Positions 12,861 to 26,231 of a stretch of DNA of 64,000 bases are shown here, in pieces. The notes below the pieces were generated by a model. The model did no database searches. It had not been told where the DNA came from and saw nothing but the letters and a program-made list of their open reading frames with translations. Both the position numbers and the translations under genes were made by a program. The stretch is from contig OZ360229.1 of assembly GCA_977017645.1 (NCBI GenBank), positions 98,146,001 to 98,210,000 on the forward strand, read 5' to 3'. Each line of letters starts with the position of its first letter. The first letter of the stretch is position 1. This stretch comes from Torpedo marmorata (lineage: Eukaryota).

Positions 12861-14286
12861 CATTTAGAAATTCAGAAATTTAGAGCCATCACGCTAGCTC
12901 TACACAAAGCCATGGAACACCTGGACAGCAAAGATGAATACATCAGGATGCTCTTTATCGACTACAGTTCGGGATTCAACATCATCCCCTCAAAACTGAT
13001 CAGCACATTGCACAACCTGGGCCTCAATACCCCACTGTCTAATTGGATCCTGGATTTCCTCACCTCCAGACCACAATCAGTGAGGAGTGGTAAGAACATC
13101 TGCTCCATAATCTCCATCAGGGCTGCATTCTTAGCCCCCTGCTCTATTCGCTATACATCAATGACTGTGTGGCTCGGTACGACAACAACACCATTTACAA
13201 ATTCGCTGACGATACCACGGTAGTGGGTTGTATAAAATGGTGCGATGAGTCAGCATACAGGAGGGAGATTGAAAACTTGGTTGAATGGTGCACCAACAAC
13301 CTCCCACTCAATGTCACCAAAACCAAGGAGTTGATTGCTGACTTCAGGAAGGGAAAACCAGAGGTGTACAATCCAGTAATTATTGGGGGATCAGAGGTGG
13401 AGAGGGTGAGGAAATTTAAGTTCTTGGTAGCCACTCTCTCGGAGGATCTTTCCTGAACCCAACACACAAATGGCATCATGAAGAAAGCACACAGCACCTC
13501 TACTTCCACAGAAGTTTGTGGAGGATTGGTATGACATCGGAAACCCTGGCAAATTTCTACACGTGTGGTGGAATGTGTGCTGACCGGCTGCACCACGGCC
13601 AGCAATACCCATGAGCGTAAATCCCTGCAAAAGGTAGTGGACACAGAACAGGACATCACAGGCAAAACCCTCCCCATCATCGAGAACATCTACAGGGAAC
13701 GCTGCTGTCGGAGAGCAGCGGCAATTATCAAGGATCCACACCACCCTGCACGCACTCTGTTCTCGCTGCTACCATCAGGAAAGAGGTATAGGTGCCACAA
13801 GACTCACCGCCAGGTTCAGCAACAGCTGCTACCCCTCCACCATCAGACTCTTCAACAACAAACTCAATCAGAGATTCACTTTATTTTTGCACTTTATTGA
13901 TTCTTTTCTCTCTGTATTGCACAGTCAGTTTGTTTACATTTTTTATTTGTTTACATGTGTACGTATCTTCTTGAGTAGTTTTTTGCACCACCAATAAGTG
14001 GTAATTCTGCCTCATCCGCAGGAAAAGGAAGGGTGGTATGTGATGTCATGCACTCTGACAATAAATCTGAACGTTGAAGTAAAAACACAATGCTGGAGAA
14101 ACTCAGCAGGTCAAACAGTGTACTTTATATAGCAAAGATAAAGATACATAACCGACGTTTCGGGCTTGAGCCCTTCATCAAGGTATGGAAAAATGTACAC
14201 TGTTTGACCTGCTGAGTATCTCCAGCATTGTGTTTTTACTTCAACCACGGTGTCTGCAGACTTTCGTGTTTTACAATCTGAACTTT
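12861..14286 (+). mobile_element. Rex1/Babar LINE 3' fragment inserted into the minus-strand LINE
   Basis: [43 protein letters not shown]; flanked by gaaatctg direct repeats (12853-12860 and 14287-14294). Confidence 0.85.
14073..14274. mobile_element. Penelope-derived hairpin insertion with hammerhead-like core
   Basis: 51-bp inverted repeat (14073-14123 / 14195-14245, one mismatch) flanked by aatctgaac duplication. Confidence 0.7.
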
Positions 14287-15689
14287 GAAATCTGATGGAG
14301 ATGGGGAAGAAGCTGTTTCTGTACTGTTGGGTGTTTGTCTTCAGGCTCCTGTATCTCCTTCCTGATGGTAGCAGTGAGAAGAGGGCACGGCCTGGGTGGT
14401 GAGGGTCTTTCACGATAGAGGCTGCTTTCTTGAGACACTGTCTCTTGTAGATGTCCTCGATAGAGTAAAGGCTGGTGCGCATGATGGCGCTGGCTGAGTT
14501 CACAACTCTCTGATGTATTTTCCTATCCTGTGCATTGGCACCTCCATAACAGACAGTGATGCAACCAGTCAGAATGCTCTCCACGGTACACCTATAGATA
14601 TTTGCAAGATTCTTTGGTGCCATACCAAATCTCCTCACGAAGTATAGCTGCTGGCGAGCCTTCTTCATGATTGCATCAACATAGGGGCCCCAGAATAGAT
14701 CTTCAGAGATATTGACACCCAGGAATTTGAAGTTCTTAACTCTTTCCACTGCTGACCCCTCGATGAGGACTGGTTCGTGTTCTCCTAATTTCCCCCTCCT
14801 GGTCCACAATCAGTTCCTCAGTTTTGCGAACATTGATTGCAAGGTTTTTATTGTGACGCCATTCAACCCGCTGATCTATCTAACTCCTGTATGCTTCCTC
14901 TTTGCTTTCTGTGATTCTGCCGTCAACCATGGTGTCATCGGCAAATTTGTAGACGGCATTTGAACTGTGCTATTTGTTACAAACTCAAAACAGCAATGAC
15001 AGAAGACGCAATGCAAAAGGGGTAAAATTGAAATTTATATTTATTAAATACAATTAAACATATAATTTCTTAACAATTAACCCCACTATAAACGTCTATA
15101 AACACTATTCTTATCTAAAGTGTGTGTTTGTGTGAGTGTGTAAAGCCCAGACCATTACAGTCTGTGCCCAACCCTCATGTAAAAATGGAAAACCTTCCCC
15201 AAAACCCCAGTTCAGTCATAAAAATAAGTCAGTCCCAAAAATACAGTCCACAAAAATCACTCTCTATGATCAGGGTCAAAATTCAGCTCTGTACGCTGGC
15301 ACGAAGGACTTCTTAATGAACATTGGAGAGAGACAATGACTGTTTAAGCTTACGAATGCTTGGCCTGCTTTTCTTCCCTGATGACTTTCCCTTTTGGTAG
15401 GTGCACAAGGATTGTTCTTCCCAAATCAGTATACCACTGATTGAGGCGTGTACTTGGATCTCACAGCCTGTCTCGCTGATCTCACGCCTGTTCTCCACTA
15501 AAGTTGTTTCATATCAGGATTTTGCTGATACAGGAGGCCATGTGCTATTCTCCCAGCCTTTCTAGCTGGAATGCACAAGCCTGGATTTGGCTGTGTTGCT
15601 CCAGCCTCTTGTAACTCCAAGTCTGGATGCTCTTTGCAGAGATTTCCACCTGCTTTTGCAAAAGTGCAACAAAGTATCTTTCCACAGCC

Positions 15690-15720
<31 letters not shown>

Positions 15721-15929
15721 GAGCACAACCAGTCCTGGGCAAGTTAACTCTTTCAGTACATGGTCCCAGTGTGCACTCCAAAAGACTTCATCCTTTCTGC
15801 TGACTGTCCGCAGTCCAAATGGTCAGTCATGGTCCATAACACCTCCCATCCACAAAGAAAATTTTTGTCTGCAAGACCAAAATTTTCGAAATTAATTGAG
15901 GTGTCACAATAAAAACAAAACCCACAATG

Positions 15930-18238
15930 TTCATCCACAAACACAAAAATATGAACTATTTTCATTTATAAAGTTTAGCATCTAGAAAGACAATCAGCGA
16001 TTACATTATCTTTCCCTTTTATATGTGTTATTATTAAATCATATTCTTGCAAAATTAGACTCCAATTCAACAACCGTCGATTCTTATTTTTTATTTTACA
16101 AATAAAACTAATGGATTATGGTCAGTGTACACTATGAGCTGTACAGATATACACATCAAAGTGTTGTAGAGCCAACACGAGCTAACAACTCTTTTTCTAT
16201 GGTTGAATAATTCCTTTGATGATCATCGAACTTCTTCGAGAAGTCGGATACCAGATGGTCAATGTCCTCTTCGTTCTTCCTCTGTAACAGCACCGCACCC
16301 AGCTTCATCGCTGGCATCCACGGCTAAAGAAAACGGCTTTTCTATATCAGGTGACTTAAGCACAGGTTGGTGGCATACAATGGCTTTCAATTTGACAAAT
16401 GCTTCCTGACAACCTGTTGACCATACAAATTTTTCACCCTTTCTAAGCATATTTGTGAGAGGGAGCGCAAGATCTGCAAAGTTTTTACAGAACTTGCGGT
16501 AGTAGCCAATCATTCCCAGGAACCTCCTCAGAATTTTCTTACCAGTTGGAACAGGGAACTCAGAAATAGTCACAACCTTGGCCTCTACTGGCGCCAACTG
16601 CCCCTGTCCTACTACATAACCCATATAAATAACAGTCCCATGACCCTCTCTGAAACTGGTTTTATCTGTCTCCTCCTTACCCCGGTCGATAACCAGCACC
16701 TCTGTTAAATGTTCAGTCTCTTTGTGTGACACCTGTTCAAAATATGGCTTAATCATATTCACATGACAGACCTGTGTGTCTCGTCTGCGATTAGGTGTTT
16801 CTATAACATAGGTGACCTCATTAATTTTTGACTTAACTCTATAGGGTCCTGAAAATCTAGCCCTAAGAGGATTTGAATGTGTGGGAAACAGAACTAATAC
16901 ATTCTCACCAGGTTTAAAAGTTCTCATCTTTGCCTTTCGATCATACCAAACCTTCATTCTCTGTTGAGTGGCCTTTAAAGTCTCCTTTGCCATCTCACAA
17001 GCTTTATGAAACCGATCTTTAAATTTGGAAACATAATCTAACAGATTTAAATGCACATCACTATTAATCCACTGTTCTTTTAATAACCTTAAAGGACCTC
17101 TCACCTCATGTCCGAAAACTAACTCGAATGGACGAAAACCAAGTGATTCTTGGACAGACTCCCTCGCTGCAAATAACAACAAATGAACCCCATCATCCCA
17201 ATCCTTTTCCTTCTCACAAAAAAGGTTCTAATCATGTTTTTCAAAGTCAAATGGAACTTCTCCAAGGCCCCTTGACTTTCTGGATGGTACGCAGAGGATA
17301 CAATCTGTTTAACTCCCAGTCTATCAACCACTTGTTGAAATACTCCTGACATGAAATTACTACCTCGGCAAACCTACCAAGGTGAAAAACTTTACCATAG
17401 CCTTTACAATTGCCTTTGCTTTAATGTTTCTCAGAGGAATGGCCTCTGGAAATCTGGTGGCTGCACACATAATTGTTAACAAATACTCATTCCCCGCTTT
17501 GGTTTTGGGCAATGGGCCAACACAGTCTACAATCACTCTCGAGAAAGGCTCACTGAAAGCAGGGATAGGTTGCAAGGGTGCCACTGGGGGACCCTGATTA
17601 GGTTTACCCACCACCTGACAAGTGTGACAGGCCCAGCAAAAGCTTACAACCTCCCTTCTCAAACTGGGCCAATAAAAATATTTCATTATCTTCCGTATAG
17701 TTTTCTTCACCCCAAGGTGACGACCTAAGGGTGTGCTCGGGATCACAACCTGCTGCACTACTGCCCATTCTTCACTGGCAGGAACATCACATGGTCTCCA
17801 CTTTCTCATCAACACCCCATCTTTTTCATAATAACCCACTGGCACCTTCTTAATCTCCTCTTCAGAGAGAACCTTATCCCTCACCTCAGCAAGATCTGGA
17901 TCCTCCTTCTGCCTTGCTATTAGCTCCTGTCGGGATAGTGACAAATATGTGCCTTTAGGTGTCTTATCAGAGTATGGGTGTAACACAGGAGATTGCTCAA
18001 CCTTTTCCAGGTGTTTTTGAATATCACCGACTTTTTCTTTCATCAATTTATTTTCCACTGCCTTCTCTACAGTGACATTTTTCTTAGACATGGCCCTGGT
18101 TTTGGCACATGCCAGATAAATATCAGAGTCCTTCTCTGACTTATCAATGACTGGCTTAGTGGTCATTAGCACTGCAGGAACTACTTTACCCTCAGCCAAG
18201 TCATTGCCTAGCAACAGTGAGACTCCTTCTACTGGCAA
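15930..18238 (-). pseudogene. Gmr1-like integrase followed by truncated RT thumb/RNase H
   Basis: HLGVKKT..CHTC, IVDCVGPLPKT, YHPESQGALEKFH, RFSGPY, then YMGYVVGQG..FLGMIGYYRKF..AVDASD; the YxDD region is missing. Confidence 0.85.
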
Positions 18239-18249
18239 CTCTTATCTCA

Positions 18250-19771
18250 CTCCTATTATAACAGGTCCTTCCACCAAAGCTGAGTTCAACACTATTTTGT
18301 GCAAAGGAATGGACTCAACATCACCCCCAATTCCTTTAATTAAATTCATTTCACCGGTGTCTGTCTTCACAAAATTCCAAGACACTATCTAACACAATGA
18401 CTGAGCAGCTCCAGTATCTCACAAGATTTTCACTGGAACTTGCTTTGATCCTGCCTTAACTGAAACAAAACCATCAGTCACAAAAGGTTTAAATACATCC
18501 CTAACTTTGTCAGTAAATTTGTCTCCTTCCTGGGTGTTATGCCTCTTCTCACTCTGAATACAAGCATTAGGTTTTGCATCCTTTTCTCTCTTCTTTTTCA
18601 ACACTGGACAGCTTGCGAGCATATGACCAGCCTTCCTACAGTAGTGGCAAATGGGTCCCAAAGGGTTTTCCCTTTTCCACTTTCCTTCATCTCTTTCCTT
18701 AACACCACTTCACAATTTACTTTCCACTTGCTTGGGATTATCCACAGTGCCCTTTTGGAAAATTCTGCCTGACGTCCACTTAGGCTTGTGGGTTAAAGCA
18801 TATTCATCTGCTAACTTAGCTGAATTTTGCCAAGTTTTCACCTCCTTTTCATTTAAGTATGTCTTAATATCCTCAGGAACACACCTTTTTATCTCCTCAA
18901 TTAGTATCAATTCTCTCAATTGATTGTAATCATGGTTCACCACCTTAGATGTGCACCACCGGTCAAAACACACATCCTTTTCATAGGCAAACTCTGTGTA
19001 AGATGGGGTTGCTGATCTTTTTAAATTTCTAAACTTCTGTCTTTCAGCCTCTGGAACTAACTCATAAGCCTGGAGTATAGCCTTTTTCACCATTTCATAA
19101 TCAGCAGCTTGCTCCGTGGTAATAAGCTTGCTGAGCTTTTCCTTTAATTACACTTTGTAACATAAGAGACCATTGGTCTTGTGGCCATTTTAATTTCACA
19201 GCCACCTTCTCAAAATGCTGGAAGTACTTATCTATTTCCACTTCCTCAAATGGAGGAACCGACCTAACTTCCCTACTGGCCAAAAACCTCTCAACCGGAC
19301 CACAAATTTAATCTTGGTGCTCTTCTTGTCTCCTCTCATTTTCCAACTTAATCTTTTCCAGCTCATATTGCCTAATTTTCTCCTCGTTCTCTAATCTTTT
19401 TTGTTCTCTAGCTGCCTCCAAGTCTAATATCTTTTGTTCCAATTCCCTGTCTAATTTCTTTTGTTCCAATTCCCTGTCTAATTTCTTTTGTTCCAATTCC
19501 AATTTCTTTAGTTCCAATTCCCTGTCTAATCTCTTTTGTTCCAACTGTATGTTTTCAGAAGGTTTACCCTTGGGAAACTGCTCTAACACGCTCTCCTCAA
19601 ACTTTTTCCCTTTTATATAGTATTTGGCTATTTTTCTCACAATCTCTGCCTTTTCATTGATGGTTTTACAGAAACAATGCCCAACTCTGTTGCTATAGCC
19701 ATTAACTGTTCCTTTTTAGGCTTTTTTAAAGTATCAGGTTCAGGTGATTCAAAAAATTTTTACACATCCAT
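18250..19771 (-). pseudogene. Gmr1-like gag (SCAN-like capsid domain, CCHC knuckle) and protease
   Basis: VKKAILQAYELVPEAERQKFR...LRELILIEEIKRCVP...KLADEY; CHYCRKAGHMLASC; IL*DTGAAQSL; several frameshifts; 27-bp LDRELEQKK repeats at ~19420-19545. Confidence 0.8.
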
Positions 19772-20887
19772 TGTCGCTGGTTTTTGTTACACACTCACTA
19801 GCTTTTAATTAGCTTTACAAAACGAATGTCTTAAACCAGACTAGGATTACTTCAATTACCAAGATGGAGCTTGATTCAATCCCGGACGAGCCCCCAATTT
19901 GTTACAAACACAAACCAGCAATGACAGAAGACGCAATGCAAAAGGGGTAAAATTGAAATTTATATTTATTAAAGACAATTAAACATATAATTTCTTAACA
20001 ATTAACCCCACTATAAACGTCTATAAACACTATTCTTATCTAAAGAGTGTGTGTGTGTGTGTAAAGCCCAGACCATTACAGTCTGTGCCCAACCCTCATG
20101 TAAAAATGGAAAACCTACCCCAAAACCCCAGGTCAGTCATAAAAATAAATCAGTCCCAAAAATACAGTCCACAAAAATCACTCTCTATGTTCAGGGACCA
20201 AATTCAGCTCTGTGCGCTGGCACGAAGGACTTCTTAATGAACTTTGGAGAGAGAGACAATGACTGTTTTGGCTTACGAATGCTTGGCCTGCTTTTCTACC
20301 CTGATGACTTTCCCTTTTGTTTGGTGCACGAGGATTGTTCTTCCCAAATCAGTATACCACTGATTGAGGCATGTACTTGGATCTCACAGCCTGTCTCGCT
20401 GATCTCACGCCTGTTCTCCACTAAAGTTGCTTTTCCTCAGGATTTTGCTGATACAGGAGGCCATGTGCTATTCTCCCAGCCTTTCTAGCTGGAATGCACA
20501 AGCCTGGATTTGTCTGTGTTGCTCCAGCCTCTTGCAACACCAAACTGGATGCTTTTTGCAGAGATTTGCACCTGCTTTTGCAAAAGTGCAACAAAGTATC
20601 TTTTCACAGCCTATCTCTCTCTCTCTCTGTGTCTCTCTCTGAGTACAACCAGTCCTGGGCAAGTTAACTCTTTCAGTACCTGGTCCCAGTGTGTTCTCCA
20701 AAAGACTTCATCCTTCCTGCTGACCGTCTGCAGTCCAAATGGTCAGTCATGGTCCATAACATTAGCCACACAGTCATGGGTGTAGAGAGTGGAGCAGTGG
20801 GCTAAACACGCATCCTTGAGGTGCGCCTGTGTTGATTGTCAGTGAGGAGGAGACTTTGTGTCCGATTCGTACTAACTGTGGTCTTCT

Positions 20888-23800
20888 TTTTTTTTATTTT
20901 TTTTTTATTATTTTTTTTTTTTTTTTTAAATATTTTATTTAAATTTTTAAATCACACATTACATAAAATAACTTGCATATAATTCTTAAAAAATACATGT
21001 GATTACATTTTCTCCCCCCCTCATCCCACCCTCCCCTCCCTAACCCCTATACCCCCCTAATCTAATTAAAATATATATAAAATAATAATAGTAAAGAAAA
21101 AAAGAGAAAGTAGAGATAGAAAGATAGAGCGAGGAGTCAATAAGCTTAAAAAAAAAAAACACTGATATATCTTAGAGGTTGTTTCGCCGGTAGGTCTAAT
21201 ATCCAGAGAATTCACAATGTTAAACCCATAATCCTCGTATATGGGCCCCAAATTTTTAAAAAAGAATGATATTTATTTCGTAAATTATAGGTAATTTTTT
21301 CCAATGGTATACATGACCGTAACTCTGCATGCCATCGTTCTAAATTTAAATCAACATCCGATTTCCAAGTAATAGCTATACATTTTTTTGAAATTGCTAA
21401 TATTATACGTAAAAATTCTACTTGATACATATTCAATTTATGTCTAATACTAAATTTTTTAATGTCTCCAAATAAAAATAACATAGGATCCATTGCAATT
21501 TCAACATTAAAAATTCTTTCTAAAAAATTCTTAACTTTCAACCAAAAATCTTGAATCTTTGAACATGACCATGTACAATGTACAAAAGATCCTATTTCAG
21601 TTTTACATCTGAAACACGTATCTGATAACGCTGGGTTAAATTTCTTCAATTTTCTAGGTGTCAAATACAATTGATGAAAAAAATTATATTGTACTAATCT
21701 ATATCTCACATTAATAACTTTTGTCATACTTAGTTTACATAAATCTTTCCAATGTTTTTCATCTATATTAACATTCAAATCAAACTCCCATTTCAGTCTA
21801 GACTTATGCTCTCCTACCTTAGACATCTTTCTTTGAAACAACTTATACATTTGTGATATAAATTTATTAACATTAACTTTGGTAATTAATAACTCCAATT
21901 CACTTTGTCTTAATACTGTTAATTCATTCCCTAATCTTTCAATCAAAAAAGCTCTAACTTGAAAATAAACTAACATTGTATTATCTAATATATTAAATTT
22001 TTCCTTTAACCTCTGAAAGGTAACAAATTTACCTGCTTCAAAACAATCTTTTAATGTCTTAACTCCCTTTAAAAACCATAACTTAAGTAATTGATTATCC
22101 ATAGAAAATGGTAAAAGTGGATTCTGATATATTGGTGTATTTAAAGAAATTAATCCTTTTTGACCTATCTCCTTATCTACTTGCGACCAAATTTCCAACA
22201 AATGTTTAATAATTGGTGTTTTTTTCTTTTTAAGTAATAATAATTTAGGATTCCATTTATAAATAATATCTTCTTTATGTATTTCTCCCATATTATTCAA
22301 TTCTATATTAATCCAAGCAGAAGTTTTATTCAAATCAAAAAATTCATTAATAAATTTTAACTGAGCTACTTTATAATAATGTTGAAAATTAGGAAGTTGT
22401 AATCCTCCCATTTCATAATTCCATGTTAATTTATCTATACTTACTCTTGCTAACTTTCCTTTCCATAGAAATTTCCTAACAATAAATTTTAAATCTTTAA
22501 AAAATTTATTTGGAATACCATAAGGAATCGATTGAAAAAGATATTGAATTCTTGGAAAAACATTCATTTTAATACAATTTACTCTTCCCATCAACGTTAT
22601 AGGTAAGTCTTTCCAAAGCTCTAAATCTTTTTTTATTTTAATAAGTAAAGGTGTATAATTTAATTTATACAAATTTTCCAAATTTGTGTCTACTTTAACT
22701 CCCAAATATTTAATACTCTCTGTAGTCCACTTAAAGTCTGTAACTTCTTTACATCTAGTATAATCCCCTTGTGATAAAGCCAAAATCTCACTTTTATCTG
22801 AGTTAATCTTATATCCTGATATCTCACCATATTCTGTCAATATAATAGCCAATTGTTGAAGTGATGTAACAGATTTTGTCATATATATTAATACATCATC
22901 TGCAAACAAACTAATCTTGTGCTCTTCCCTACCAACCTTTATTCCCATTATATTTATATCTTCTCTAATCATTTCTGCTAAAGGTTCTATTACCAACACA
23001 AACAAAGCAGGTGATAAAGGACATCCCTGTCGTGTTGATCTTGATAACAAAAACTTTTGCGATATCTGTCCATTTGTAACTACTTTAGCTGTAGGTTCCT
23101 TATATATAGTTTTAATCCAATTTATAAAATTATCTCCAAATCCAAATTTTTCCAAAACCTTAAATAAGAAATTCCACTCTACTCTATCAAATGCCTTCTC
23201 TGCATCCAGTGTTACTACCAGTGGTAGATCTTGTTTCTTCTTATATACATTAATTAAGCTTAACAATCTAGCTATATTATCTTTCGAATATCTATTTTTA
23301 ATAAATCCGGCTTGATCCGAATGTATTAAATGTGGTAAACATTTAGCTAATCTATTTGCTAAAATTTTCGCCATTATCTTATAATCTACATTTAGCAATG
23401 AAATAGGCCTATAAGATTCTGTTTTTAATACATCTCTATCTTTCTTTGGTATAACCGTAATAATAGCATTTAAAAATGTCTTCGGTAATAAATGAGTTTC
23501 CTTAACTTGATTCAATACCTCCATATACAAAGGTATCAATAAATCTTTAAATTCTTTATAAAATTCTACTGGAAATCCATCATCACCTGGAGATTTACCA
23601 CTTCTCAACGTCGATATTGCTTCAGTAACTTCTCTCATCGTAAAAGGTAAATCCAAAGAATATTTACTTTGAACAGTCAATTTAGGTAAAGTAATTTTAG
23701 ATAAAAATCTATTTATCTTCGTTTCATCTTGATCTGTCTCAGATCTATATAAATTCTGATAATATTCTTTAAAAGATTCATTTATTTCTTGTGGCTTATA

Positions 23801-25204
23801 TGTTATTACCCCCGTATTTCTCTTCCTTATAGCATTAATTGTTTTAGAAACTTGCTCTTTTTTCAATTGCCATGATAACACCTTGTGTGCCTTTTCCCCT
23901 AGTTCATAATATCTTTGTTTTGTCCGTACTATCAATTTTTCAGTCTTACGCGTTTGCAATAAATTATAATGTAATTTCTTCCTTACTAAACGGTTCCTCT
24001 TAAGAATAGACCGGTTTCTCTGTGAATCTTTTTCCATAATTTCAATCTCCTTCTCTAATTTTTCTTCTTCTCTCAAATAATCTTTTTTTATCTTTACTGA
24101 AAAACTTATTATTAAACCTCTTAAATAAGCTTTCAAAGCTTCCCATACCATAAATTTATCATCTACCGAATTATTATTTACTCTTAAAAATTCCTGAATT
24201 TCTCGTCTCATATATTCACAAAAATCCTTCCTTTTCAATAATAAAGAATCAAATCTCCAGTTATAAATAGTTTTTTCTTTCTCTGGAATTATACACGTCA
24301 TTAATAAAGGTGAATGGTCCGAAATTATTCTTGCTTTATAAGATATCTGTGTTATTCTTTCCTGAAGTTGTGAAGACAATAAAAATAAATCTATCCTAGA
24401 AAAAGAATTATGTCTAAATGAGTAGAATGAATAGTCCTTCTCCCTAGGCTTTAATTTTCTCCAAATATCCACCAAATTTAAATCCTCCATCAAATTAACT
24501 ATCTTCTTCACTATTTTTGGTCTAACAGCTGTTTTAGAAGTTTTATCCATTATTGCATTTAAACAACAATTAAAATCACCACCAACTAAAATATTATCTT
24601 TGGCATCTGATAAATGTAAAAAAGCATCTTGAATAAACTGTTCATCATCTGGATTTGACACATACAAATTCATAAGAGTCCAAAATTCCGAATAAATTTG
24701 GCAATAATCAAAACATATCTACCTGCCGTATCTATCACTGTCGATTGTATCCTGAAGGGCAACTTTTTATTAACTAAAATAGCAACTCCCCTTGCTCTAG
24801 AATTAAATGATGAAGCTACAACATGTCCTACCCAATCTCTTTTCAATTTCTGATGTTCAACATCCGTCAAATGAGTTTCTTGTAAAAAGGCTATATCTAC
24901 CTTCAATTTTTTTATATATGTCAAAGTTCTTTTCCTTTTAATTGGATTGTTAAGCCCATTTATATTAATACTAACTAAGTTTATACTCTTAGAATCCCCC
25001 ATAATAAAATAATAATCCTTCCCTGTCAATCAGATCCACCAGCGTATCCCTCTTACTCATTTGCATATATATGTCCTCCTCTATTAGAATGAAAAAAAGA
25101 AATATTAAAATAAGAAAAAAAACCCCTGTAAAGAACACTGGTCTTCTATTCCCAGTGTTACCCCCCTCCATTGTTCGAGAAGCGGTTCTCGCCGCTAAAG
25201 TGGT
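20888..25204 (-). mobile_element. L1-clade LINE, 5'-truncated (ORF2 plus 3' UTR and poly(A))
   Basis: 15-bp TSD taactgtggtcttct (20873-20887, 25205-25219), poly(A) tail on minus strand at 20888-20928, G-rich 3' UTR tract. Confidence 0.93.
21212..25029 (-). pseudogene. L1-clade ORF2: APE endonuclease, RT and cysteine-rich C-terminus, one frameshift near 24700
   Basis: SININGLNNPIKRK..FLQETH, GGDFN, SDHSP, YRPISLLNVDYK, TRQGCPLSP, FADD, CFRCKTEIGSFVHCTWSC. Confidence 0.92.
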
Positions 25205-25393
25205 TAACTGTGGTCTTCTGATGAGGAAGTCAAGGATCCAGTTGCAGAGGGAGGTGCAGAGGTCCAGGTTTTGAAGATTGCTGACCAGTACTGAGGGTGT
25301 GATGGTGTAGAAAGCTGAGCTGCAGTCGATGAAAAGTAGCCTGATGTATGTGTTGCTGTTGTCTAGGTGATCCAGGGCTGAGTGGAGAGCCAG

Positions 25394-26231
25394 TGTGGGG
25401 TCCTACAAAAGCAAGGCAATTCTCTGTAGCTCAAAGTTATAATGAAGTTCCTGTAATTGGGTAGAAAGAGAAGTTGCTTAAGAAGTTTGAAGCCACACTA
25501 ATAATGAGAGAAAATGATGAAAACATGCAGCAAAATACCTATTGTATCTAAAAATGGCAAATTCTAACACAACAGAGGATTGATATGAGCACACCTCCAG
25601 TTGGGAAAGAAGCAGAGATACTAAGGGCAATCACAAGTTGTGGGTGAGAATGATCTAAAGCCAATCAACAATGAATGGAAACAGCCTAGAAGACTGAAGA
25701 TGAGAAAAAGGTCCACACTCTAAAGCAACAATGCAAAGGATGTTGATAACAAAGATTGTTCAAGAGAAAATGAAAGATGTTTAAAGGGATCCCCACCATT
25801 CAAGTTGACTATCATGCAAGTCTGATTAGTATTGCTTGGAGAACTTTGGATTACGAACACTTATTTCACAAAATAAGTGATGAGAAGACCGAGCAATTCA
25901 TTCAAAATCTGGGCGATGGAAGATCAAACCCTGGGCATCAAGAGGTACATCTGTCCTTGGACAGTAAGACTGGAGATGAATACTGATGCCCAAATAGGGA
26001 AAGAAGTGGATGGCTCTCCAACAAAGACTACAAAGGGAAAGATGAAAGCTTAGTTTAAGTATCGAAGAACTGTGCATTGTTTAATTATATCTGCTGTAGA
26101 TATTAATTTGTTTTTAAAAGTTTGTATTCAGGTTTATGCAATTTGCATGCAGGTGGCCTTCAGAAGATGCTGATCCAAAGCAAATAAAACAATGTATTCA
26201 CATTTGTCTGGGTAATTTTCTTCATGCAACA
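25394..26231 (+). repeat. possible solo LTR of unknown family
   Basis: Starts tgtgggg where LINE homology ends, has aataaa at ~26183 and ends tgcaaca; no TSD recognised. Confidence 0.3.

Larger units (their letters stand above)
14975..20761 (-). mobile_element. Gmr1-like Gypsy LTR retrotransposon (PR-IN-RT order), internally deleted
   Basis: LTRs 14975-15841 and 19900-20761 (tgttac...ataaca), PBS TGGGGGCTCGTCCGGGAT (tRNA-Pro) 19879-19896, PPT at 15842-15851; TSD not clean. Confidence 0.92.
8203..25396 (-). mobile_element. Rex1/Babar LINE fragment split into five pieces (8203-8237, 12721-12860, 14287-14974, 20762-20887, 25205-25396) by nested insertions
   Basis: Pieces join colinearly across the TSDs atgt, gaaatctg and taactgtggtcttct; ORF 14111-14809 has VERVKNFKFLGVNISEDL and KDPHHPGRALFSLLPSGRRYRS; tail (ttctga)n at 8203-8220. 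Confidence 0.85.
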
